NCBI GenBank assembly: GCA_054661495.1
Contig: BAAFSQ010000101.1
Coordinates: forward strand, 1-32,000
DNA: 32,000 nt
Origin: Zygophlyctis sp. KS116
Lineage: Eukaryota; Fungi; Chytridiomycota
Direction of reading: 5' to 3'
The position numbers and the translations under genes are program-made. The notes beneath the pieces are model-generated. The model had not been told where the DNA came from and made no database searches. It saw nothing but the letters and a program-made list of their open reading frames with translations. Numbering within the stretch: the stretch's first letter is position 1; each line of letters opens with the position of its first letter. Positions 21,863-32,000 of this stretch are shown here, one piece after another.

Positions 21863-24800
21863 CTATTTCTTTGCTTTATGACTAGATTTTAATAATTTCT
21901 TGAATTCATTCTTAAAGACAGATGTCTTCTTTCTGTTTCCTACAATCTTTCCAGAGAGTGGGATGTATGCATGAGGATCAGCCATTCCTTTTCGTTTAAC
22001 ATCACCTCCAGCCTTCTTTGATGCATACTTTTCTCCAAGCTTTTGAGAAGACTTGGTAATAGTCTTTTTGGAATGATTCTTTTTGCGCCAATCAGATCCA
22101 GATTTACCAGATTCTTCAGTCTTTGCCTTCTTGTTTCCCTTATCCAAAAACTTTATACGGCCTCCAGGTGTTCTTATAAATGATCCTTCACCAGTAAGAG
22201 TTTGTTTGTAATAGTCTTCAGACTCTTTAGGTTTGTTTTCTTCTTGTTCATCTGGTTCACATAGTACTAGACGGCCATACTCATTAGTCATGAAATCCTC
22301 TTCTTGACGAGATCTCTTTTTGGGATTTTTAGATGATACACTAGAAATTTTAGAGCTAAGTTTAGCAGAATCTAAAAAGTCTAAAACATCATCTTGATCT
22401 TCAAGTAAAGTTGCAGCAGTAGTGGCTTTGGTCTTGGTTTCATCTTTATATCTATCAGGAATATATTTTTCATCTTTTTCGGATTCAATATCAGAGTCAC
22501 TGTTGTACATTGTGTCTTCAAAGGTCTTGTTGGACAATGTCTTTGGCTAATTTTAAGAAAATAAAAAATTACCGAAACTTCTTGATCAGAATCATCCTCG
22601 CCTCCTTCCAAGGATTTTTCAATCTTTTTCTTTTTTGAACGTTCCTTCCTTTTCTTAATGTTAGTGATCAATTTTTGATCTGCTTCTGGGATGAATTCTT
22701 CAATGTCAGAGTAACCAAATTTCCGAATGAGTCGTTCCAAAATGTGTCTAATTTTAGACTTGAAGTGTGATTTTTCATTTTTGGCATGATTCATTATTCC
22801 TCCAACCTAAAGTTATTAAGTATTTCTACTCTTACAATATCTTTGAGATATGATTTCAAGATGGGCTGAGAAACCGATGCAATTAAAACTTTAACAAATC
22901 CTAGCAAGGATTTCAAGACTTCCCTACTCTTATTCGTTAACATTGCACATATGGCTTGAATGATACTTTCAATAAATGATTCTTCAAGAAAAGTATGAAA
23001 TTCGAAAAATAAACGTGACAAACTACCAATAGCAGCGCTTTGCAAATGTGGTGTACTTGCATCCAGCCCAGCAGAAACCATTGTAAAGAACTCTGTTATG
23101 CCATTTGCCGAAGAAATACCAAGTGGTAGCATATCGTTTTCTTCCGCCATTTTATCCTCATTTTCCAAAGCATTCATAAGCTGATCTGAGTCTTTGGGCA
23201 AGTTCTCAAGTTTGCTTTCCATCATCTTTTGTCCCATAGCTACCAGACATTCATAAGCAGCATGTCTAGCCTTTTCACTAGCCTCTTTAGTGGCAAGCAT
23301 TACTTCAGATAGACACATTGGGATCCATTTCAGCAGCCAGTCACTTTCCAAACTGCCAACCTTTTCAGTAAGACGAGTAATACACAGAATTCGCGCTCTC
23401 TTTGACCCAGATGTAATACTTGTAATCACATTAGCATCCAACAACTTAGCCGATAGTCCATTTAAAGTGTTTCGATCTAAAGGGATATAATCCAATAGAG
23501 TAACAAGAGACTTGTATGCTTTTTTCTGAACAGTTGAATCCTTTTCTTGTAACAAGCCAACTATCAATTGAAAATAATCGTCAAAAGGTGAAACGTCATC
23601 TGAAGGTAAATGTCTCAAAAGCAATAAGAGCAATTCCAGAACCGCATATGATCTAAGTTTTTCCAACTGAGCTTCTGGTGACAAAACAGTTTCTGAAGAT
23701 TTTAAAGCATGGAGTTGGGCCTGAGTATTTCTTAACAGATCTAGCATAGTTGTAAAGTATGTTTTCACATCCTTCTTTTCAGCAATTCCTAAGAAAACAG
23801 AGATAGTCTTTTCGATATACTGAGTTTGACTTTCATGCAAATTTTGTAAAGCGACACCTTTTGTAGGATTTTCCAAAATTTCAGCTGGAACAGTAGTAAA
23901 TAAATTACAAAGAGTACTTAAAAACTGATTAGTATACTCTTTAGCCTTTAATATTCCATTAGCAGCATGGTTTAGTTCATCAGTTTCCTCTTCTCCTAAT
24001 TCTTCTACTAATTCAACATATCCCTTTATTAATTTCTGCAATGTATCACAAGCAAGCGGCCTAAAGTCTGGATGTGAAGGAAGATTGGGATAGAGCATCT
24101 TTGGATCTGATTGCAAAATGTGGCCTAAAGCTGGGACCAACATTTCTAGACCGATTTCAAAATCTAAAGGTCTAGTTTTTGCTATTAAGGGCATTAAATT
24201 CATTGCCTGTAGTCCCAATGTTTCATAAAGTTTAGATTCAAGCTCCTTTCCTTCTAAAATCAAAGCCTCTGATTTCTCAAAAAGCTTTCTAGATAGCTGA
24301 AATAGATTTTCATAGAAAAACTTTAGAGAATGCTTTCCAAAAAACGAGAATGGAACCCAAGGTGATTCCAGCTGAGATCCTTTTAGTGCTTTTTCCAAAG
24401 TAGCCAACAAGTAGGGCCTAGTTGCTTCTCCTTGAATTTCTTGTTCAATGTTTAATGGAATATTTGACAGCACAAAGTCTATTCCCAAATTCTGAATCGC
24501 TGAGATAATGCAAGCCTCTAATTGATCCTTAAATGGAAAATCCTTATATTGATTATCGTCCCTAAAGTCAAAAAGTTTTACTAAAAGGCCTTGACAAATC
24601 TCTGGTGCTTCAACCCCCAACCTTACAAATACAGATTGACAAATCATTAAAATATTTCCCCAAGATTCACGACAATGCAGTGATCCTAAACTATTCAAAA
24701 CAGTCTTTAAAATTATTTCTAGCTCAGAATTTTTCAATCCTTGTAGTCCTTCTTTCACCATGGGTGTAGAGACGGCATGAATAATCAAATTTCCTAAAAC

Positions 24801-25811
24801 TGAAGCAGTGATTTGTTTAATAGCATTTTTAGTTGAATACTTTGCATCAAAAGCAGAATTAAAATTCTGTATAAAGAATTTCGACACAAACTGCGATAAA
24901 ATTTTAAAATATTCACTATTCTCCTGCATTTTTAAAACCTGTGCATATTTAATTAAAATGTTTCCAATTAATTGTAGATAAGAAGGGATCAGAGTAATAT
25001 CATTATAAAATGGTCTTATATCCATTGCATTTCTCGCAATAGAATCAATCATTTCTATAGAATCTATAGAGTCAATCTCTTTTGTAATCCCTTGAACCGA
25101 AATTTTTTCAATAATTTCCTCCAAAGTTTCAAAAACCATTTTCCCAGTAATCATTGACCCAACATGTTTCTTTGGAATTTTAATAAGTTGTTGAATTAAA
25201 CCATCAATTTTTGTTTTTGAAACCGAGAAATTCTTTGAAAAGAGACTTTTTAAAAATTGTAGTATTAAATGCAATTTATCTAAAGCTTCTACTTGTTTTA
25301 GCTGCTGTATAGAAAAATCTACAGTTAATTCTGATTCTTTTTCTATAAGTTCCATGATTGCTACGACTGCTCTTTTCCTTACTTTAGGTCTTGGATCAGT
25401 CACTAATCCTAATAAAACCTTAAAAACAGACTTTGAATGTAAATCCTTGATTGGAATTAGGGCTAATAGAGTCTGAAGACCACCGATAATAGATCTAGCC
25501 ATTGAAGAAGAAGAATCCTTTAAAAATTCCAAGAGTAATTGAGAAATTGAATTAAACTTTACAATACAAATATTGTGAGGAACCCAAGGCAAAACCTTAT
25601 CCAATATATAAAGAGTAATTTCAGCATTCTCATCCCCATTCTGAAGTAAATTCATCAAAATCGCAAAATAAGCAACTGGATTTTCCAATTTTTCTTCATT
25701 TTTTTGAATTAAAACTTGAATTTCTTTTAGTAAAATAGCAATTTTGAATTGATTGTCTAAATTAGAAGATGATAGATCAAGTAATTTCTGAATTTCTTTT
25801 GTGAAATTCAT
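21863..25811 (-). CDS. RRP12: Ribosomal RNA-processing protein 12 (NUC173, HEAT repeats)
   Basis: DPRPKVRK, VQKKAYK, EVMLATKEASEKAR, IRHILERLIRKFG, YASKKAGGDVKRKG..DPHAYIPL; introns 22807-22835 and 22547-22572; ATG at 25811. Confidence 0.92.
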
Positions 25812-25907
25812 TCTTGCAAGAAAAATTTGTTGCGGTACAAAAAAATTTTCTGTACTTTTTGACACAGCCCTACTTTTTAACCTAGATATAAAAAATCCAA
25901 AAAATCA

Positions 25908-26486
25908 ATGATTCGATCTGCAACCAAAATGAGTAAAAAAACAACCGCCAATCAAATACCTCCAGCCTACAGCCTAGATCGCATCAGTACAGGCTTAAAA
26001 ATCCTTAAATCTCCTCCAATCACTGCAACCCCAAATAATTTAGTTGCAAATTTAGAATTCTCTGGTTTTATTCCTGATCATTTGGATTTTATTGCATCTT
26101 TAGCAAAAATAATGACTGAAAAATCTAGTATTACAACTACTCCAGTCATTTCTAAACCTAGCCACATTAAAAGAATTAATACTCTGGTGTCTCCCTTTGT
26201 ACATGCAAAGACTAAAAATGTTTTTGAACAAAAAACGTATTTTAGGGTTTTACAAGTCTATGATACCCATACAGATAATGTACAAGAAATTGTAAAGGCT
26301 CTCATCAATATTATGCCTCCAGGAATCAATTTAAAAGTAGAAAATTTTAATCATGTAACAATGGATAAACTTTTACAAGAAACACCTAGAGAAAATCAAG
26401 TGGATTTGAAAGATTCTTTTGAAGATCAAGTTCAAAAAAGAATGGAAGAGTTTATAAAGGAATTTTCAAAATCAAAATCAGGATAA
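25908..26486 (+). CDS. MRPS10: Mitochondrial ribosomal protein S10 (uS10m)
   Basis: LDFIA, SPFVHAKTKNVFEQKTYFRVLQVYD, MPPGINLKV. Confidence 0.85.
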   Translation: MIRSATKMSKKTTANQIPPAYSLDRISTGLKILKSPPITATPNNLVANLEFSGFIPDHLDFIASLAKIMTEKSSITTTPVISKPSHIKRINTLVSPFVHAKTKNVFEQKTYFRVLQVYDTHTDNVQEIVKALINIMPPGINLKVENFNHVTMDKLLQETPRENQVDLKDSFEDQVQKRMEEFIKEFSKSKSG

Positions 26487-26566
26487 TATTTGGATAATAA
26501 AATCTTTATCTCTTGCAGCACCTCAAACCTGAGACTTCAATTTTTCTCTTTTTGCAGTTGCGAAAA

Positions 26567-27733
26567 ATGAATTTCTTTCTGCTTCTACTGTTTTGCATCA
26601 TGGTCAGTTCACAATCACTTGTCTCTAATCAGTCATCTACAATTTGTCCGAATGATTGCTCACAAATCGGGCTCTGTAATTCTGATGGATCTTGCACATG
26701 TCCAAATATTGATCCATCAACTGGAATCTATTGGTATGTTCCACCGACAAAGGATTGTTCGGCTTATGGTATAAAGGCTTATGGTGTAGAGATGTTGACT
26801 TTTCAGATCTCTTGGGGGATTTTGTATCTATTTGGTTTCTTTTTTATGGTTTTAATCAATCTTTCATTGTACATTGAAAATGGATATCACTTTCAGGCAA
26901 ATGTCAAATCTTATTGTTTTATATTGATCAATTTGGCTTTTATGGTGCGAGCGCTCTATTATATGATTGATCCTTACTCTCTAAAAATGATTGTACATCC
27001 AATTCCAAACAGAATTTTGTCAAATATTTTTGTTCCGCTTACATTATTGGCTTATTGTGGATTACTCTTTGAATGGATTGAAATTTGTAGTCCAGATTCA
27101 AAGTATATTCAAGATAGGTATGTAAGTACTACGAAAATTGCTGGTGGGATATTTGCACTTATACTATTAACTATGGAAGTCATTAGTAGTTATTTGCAGT
27201 CAAATAATAGTGAATTTATTGTGTATTGGAGTATATATTATATATTTGTAGGAGTGGTTATTGTAAGTTTTTTTTAGAAATTTAACTTTAGGCAATAACT
27301 ATTCCATTATATATCTATTATGGGAATCATTTTAGAGTACATTTGGCATCACTACCAAATCAAGATGAATCAATTCAAAATTTAAAACAACGAGTAAGGT
27401 TTAAATTTACTAAATATTTAGATTTTTTTTCTAAGTTATGCTCCAGGATTAAGTCTTTTACTCACATTTATAATATGTGGGCTAGATATTTTGTTTATGA
27501 GAAAAAATCAAGATATGTTTTTGATTGGAGAAGCAATTGTTTGTTTTATGGAAATGATAACTCTGGGCATTTTCCTATTTGCTCTATTTACCAGGAAAGA
27601 TGTTGGTCTAAATGATCATTCTGATCTCTTTCAAAAATCTGATGATTCAGAAATACCAATTAAGATTAATTCAGATGATTTGGAAGTGATTTCTTTTATC
27701 TCTTTGCCGGAAAATGCTGTCATTGCTGATTAA
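26567..27733 (+). CDS. Signal peptide + EGF-like domain + multi-pass (~7TM) membrane protein, TOM1/PRRT3-4-like fold suspected
   Basis: Hydrophobic leader MNFFLLLLFCIMVSS; CPNDCSQIGLCNSDGSCTC...DCS; hydrophobic helices with VRALYYMIDPY. Introns 27263-27291 and 27394-27421. Confidence 0.7.
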
Positions 27734-28709
27734 TTATATGACATAGATTCCTCTTTCTAATAGTCTAAACTTTGCATCCATTGTAATTTCACTGCAATAA
27801 GACAGATTTACAATCTTTAAGCTTGGTAATTGTAATATATGATCAATAATTTGATTGCTTAACTGATAACAAAAGCTCATATTTAACTCTTTTAGATTAC
27901 ATCCAATTAATTTAGTTGGGTCAGTTGTGAGTATGTTATTTGTTAGTTTCCAACAGTAAGAAACAGTGAGAGTTTCCAAATTTGTATTTCCATTTAATAA
28001 CGATTTAATCCCAGTATCTGTTATTAAAAAGGCGCCGGTAATATCAATATATTTCAGATCAGACAGATAATGAGAGACTGCACGTAATCCTACATCTGTG
28101 AGGCCTCTTGATCCTGCACAGATCAGCTTTTGAATTTTCGGACATCCTTGCACCAATTTCTGAATCCCAAAATCCGAGAATCTCGATTGCACTGCATAAA
28201 CACTTAAATCGATATGTAAAAGATTGGGTGATGAATCTGCTACTAGAGTCAGGATTGAATCATCCACAAGAATATTCGATAAGATTAGTGTTTCAATGTC
28301 TGGACACGATTTTGTAGAGAAGAGAAATTCCAAGCCTTTTTTACCAACATTGGATTTAGTAAGATCAAGAAAGACCAGCTTGGGAGTGAATCTAACCAAT
28401 CTAGCTAAATGAACATCATTAAAGTAATTTTCAGTTCCATTTACTGATAAGATTTTAACATGCATGCCTATCCATGGGATGAGTGTACCTACAATATAGT
28501 TGATGATATTGATATCTCCCTCTAATTGTGAAGATGATGATTTGGGTAGATCCAACTCATTCCAAAAGACTTGCCTTGTAATCTTTAAGAACATATTTTT
28601 TGACACAAGGCTTAGTCTGATCTTTTCGGACAAGGAAAGCAGAGATATAAGTGGGGAAAATACCTAATTATTACAAGCCATTGAATACCTCTGGTGGGAG
28701 CTTGTCCAT
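27734..28709 (-). CDS. F-box/LRR-repeat protein
   Basis: MDKLPPE|VFSPLISLLSLSEKIRLSLVSK F-box (intron 28664-28688), followed by cysteine-containing LRRs. Confidence 0.88.
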
Positions 28710-28906
28710 TGTATTTGAAAGTTTGTTTATTTACGCTTTAATCCAATTGCAAACTATGATCCGTCTGTCTGAATGCGGATTCAAATTCAAATGCTATAAT
28801 ACTCATGTATTTATCTGATTTGCAATATATTTGAATGCTGATTTTGAATGATAAGATGATTGCCATTGTCATAAGAGGAAAAATCACCGCCGGTTAAAAC
28901 TGAACA

Positions 28907-30267
28907 ATGGAAATCGATCAGGAAGTGGAGCAGGGAGTCAGTATAATCAAAAGACTCTATATTACTCTCACCAATACATATGCTCTGGGATTTATTGCTT
29001 TTGGAGGACCAACCGTTCATGTTGCGTTGTTTCACAATCATTTTGTCCAAAATCTAAAGTGGATTTCACCGGAAACATTTGTAGAATTGTTTGCGATTGC
29101 ACAGTCTTTACCAGGCCCAGCATCAACACAATTACTATATTCTATTGTTTTAATAACTCAAGGATGGGCTTCTGCGATATTATGTTTCTTGTTGTGGTCG
29201 CTTCCAGGACTGATTTTAATGATTGGACTGGGGATTGGAGTATCATCCTTGATTTCTATTCCGGTTTGGGTATATACAATAGAAAATGGACTAACATCTG
29301 CTGCAGTAGGACTTATAGCTTTAGCAGCATTTAATCTTTCTAGAAAAGTAAATGATGGAGTAATTGATAACCTGTTAACGGTTTTTGCTATTATTATTGT
29401 TTTGAATTTTTCTAAAGAACCTTGGTTACTACCAGCCATAATGGCATTTGGCGCCATATTTAGATTATGCCATGAATGGCTTTATAGAAAAGAGCAAGTT
29501 AGATTACCAGGCTCTTTTGATTCTGAAAATGAATCATTGATTACAATTCAAGAAAATGATGATGTCAAAATTGATATTTCTACAAGAAATGGTTTAATTA
29601 TTATTGGAGTTTGGGCAACAATTTTGATGTCTCTACTAAGTATCAATACTAGTTTAAAATATCTGAATCTGGTAAAAGTATTCTTTATCATAGGGTCTGT
29701 AATCTTTGGGGGAGGTCCTGTTGTTATACCATTATTACAATCATTTGTTGTGACTGATCAAGGATGGTGTACAGATGCTGAATTTTTAATTGGCCTAGCA
29801 ATCATACAAGCTTTACCTGGACCAATGTTTAACATTGCGGCGTTTTGTGGAACTCTAGCATGTAGAGACATGGGTATCGGAGGTTCAATAATCGGAGGAA
29901 TATTAGGATATTTGGGAATTTTTGTTCCAGGACTACTAATAAAATCTGGGATTATACCACGTAATTTTCAAAGGAAATCAAAGATTTACCTTTTTTTAAT
30001 TTAACCTAACAAATAGTATGGAAAGCTATCAGAGGCTACTCATCAGTCAAGATTGCTTTTAAAGGGATTAATTCATGTGCAGTTGGATTAGTGTATAGTG
30101 CCACATATCTTTTATTGATAAATTCTATACAAGGTCATCAGTCTTCAAATTTAACAATGCATCCATGGTTTTCCTCAATAGCAGTCATATCTTTTGCGCT
30201 GGGACATTTTCTTAAAGTTTCTGCCCCATGGATTATTGTAATTGGTGGAGGTATTGCTTCGATTTAG
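28907..30267 (+). CDS. Long-chain chromate transporter (ChrA/CHR family)
   Basis: AFGGPTVH, AQSLPGPASTQ, IFGGGPVVIPLL, IQALPGPMFN. A 56-nt intron 29961-30016 leads into LWKAIR...GINSCAVGLVYSA. Confidence 0.9.
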
Positions 30268-30298
30268 ATAAATTGCGCGTTTACTGCCATTTTTTTTC

Positions 30299-31398
30299 AT
30301 GAATTTCCTTCGAATTTCAAGACTTTCCCAGCGTAAGACTACTACAGTTTCTAAAAATCAGGAAGAATCGCCACCGGTGCCGGTGTTTTCCCGCAATATG
30401 ATAAAACGATTTCAAATATGCTGATATCTAAAAAAACTAGAGTAATTTGTCAGGGACTTACAGGAAAACAAGGAACTTTTCATTCACAGCAAGCGATAGA
30501 TTATGGAACACATCTAGTTGGTGGTGTATCACCTTCTAAAGCAGGATCTACTCATTTGGGAGTTCCTGTGTTTAAATCTGTCTCTGCGGCAATGGATGCG
30601 ATTAAACCGGATGCTACGGTTATTTATGTCCCTCCGCCTGGAGCTGCAGCAGCTATTCTAGAAGCGATCGAGGCAGAGATTCCATTGGCTGTTTGTATAA
30701 CTGAAGGAATTCCTCAGCATGATATGGTCAAAGTATAATAATGTTTTTATGATTTTTAGGTGATGAAAGTGTTACATTCACAAAGTAAAACAAGACTAAT
30801 TGGTCCAAATTGTCCAGGAATTATTAAGCCTGATCAATGCAAGATGGGTATTATGCCTGGACATATTCATAAACCTGGAAAAATTGGAATTGTTTCGCGA
30901 TCAGGAACTTTAACATATGAGGCAGTCGCTCAAACTACTGCTGTTGGTCTTGGTCAATCTCTATGTGTTGGTATTGGTGGTGATCCATTCAATGGAACTA
31001 ATTTTATTGACTGTTTGACAGTGTTTTTAAATGATCCAAACACTGAAGGTACTTTTAAATCCAGGTTAAAAACGTGTAGGGATAATTCTAATCGGAGAAA
31101 TTGGTGGTTCTGCTGAAGAAGAAGCTGCTGAATATCTTATTGAACATAATCTTTCTCTGGATAAGCCAAAACCAGTTGTCTCATTTATTGCTGGTAGAAC
31201 TGCACCACCCGGTAGACGTATGGGTCACGCAGGAGCAATTATTGCAGGCGGAAAAGGTAAAGCTGAAGACAAGGTAGCTGCATTAGAAAAGGCAGGAGTT
31301 ATTGTCTCGCAGTCACCCGCAAGACTAGGAGAACTAATGAAAAAGGTAAGTCGCAATTTTTAAAACTTTAGGCAATGATAGACTTGGGTTTAGTTTAA
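30299..31398 (+). CDS. LSC1: Succinyl-CoA ligase alpha subunit, mitochondrial
   Basis: Presequence [11 protein letters not shown]|[34 protein letters not shown]; introns 30333-30361, 30733-30759, 31049-31079, 31346-31371. Confidence 0.95.
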
Positions 31399-31401
31399 TA
31401 C

Positions 31402-32000
31402 TTAAAGTAAAATTGAATCATTGAAACTATCTTTTGTAGGAAGAGTGCAAGGTCCAAGTACATTTATAACATCAGCAAAATAAGGATGAGCCAAAGCATC
31501 CTTTGCGCTAATTCTTAAATGAGGTTGATACTGAAGTAATCTGGAAATCAAATCCAAAGCTACCGCATTCATTGTAGGTAACTTTGACTGAATTGGAGCA
31601 GCAGGATAAACCGGAAAACTCCTTTTATATTCTGAGAGTTCAGATATTTTTGGCCAAGTATCTTCATTTGGCGTTCCAAAAAGTTTAAAAATTCTGAGTA
31701 ATTGATCTTCATTTGTTTTACCAGGAAACAGTGGTTTTCCATTATACATTTCTGCCATTATACATCCCACTGACCACATATCAATCGATGTGGAATAGTT
31801 TCTTGAACCTAATAGTACATCTGGAGCCCGATACCAAAGCGTCACAACTTCATTAGAAAAAGTATTAACTGGTATTCCAAAAGCCCTCGCTAAACCAAAA
31901 TCTCCTAATTTAAGTTCCATTGATGCATTCAACAACTAATAATCATCAAAAATAATAAAAATACCAGATTTTGTGGCTTTAAATCTCTATGCAAGACTCT
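31402..32000 (-). CDS. PHO85: Cyclin-dependent kinase Pho85/CDK5-like, 3' part
   Basis: HRDLKPQNL|[37 protein letters not shown]; intron 31936-31964. Confidence 0.9.

Noticed and set aside
28907-30267. Recent horizontal transfer of the chromate transporter
   Set aside because: Long-chain CHR proteins are known in fungi, the gene has a spliceosomal intron, and its composition resembles its neighbours.

Overview
AT-rich eukaryotic nuclear DNA from an extremely compact genome, most likely a flagellated (chytrid-type) fungus. This is inferred from a flagellar RSPH1 orthologue alongside fungal-type PHO85, MOB2, Spd1/Dif1, VMA21 and ChrA genes. I can assemble about 26 genes, packed with gaps of roughly -17 to 100 nt. 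The fragmented ORF track is explained by about 61 manually placed spliceosomal introns: about 59 are only 23-33 nt long, and the two long outliers (88 and 56 nt) each contain a hairpin that reduces their effective length to about the modal size. The most unusual region is a 1.7-kb segment (8225-9925) bounded by imperfect inverted repeats, lying between the divergent housekeeping genes GRH1 and SHP1. It holds an uncharacterised gene with two tandem HMG-box modules and two frame breaks that canonical microintrons cannot resolve. Other notable items are a probable non-canonical GT-TG microintron, same-strand and convergent CDS overlaps, a 65-aa Spd1/Dif1-like gene and an RSPH1 gene both missed by the ORF track, an RGS-RhoGEF, HEN1, and an EGF-7TM orphan receptor. 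All gene models were spliced by hand and no database searches were run.
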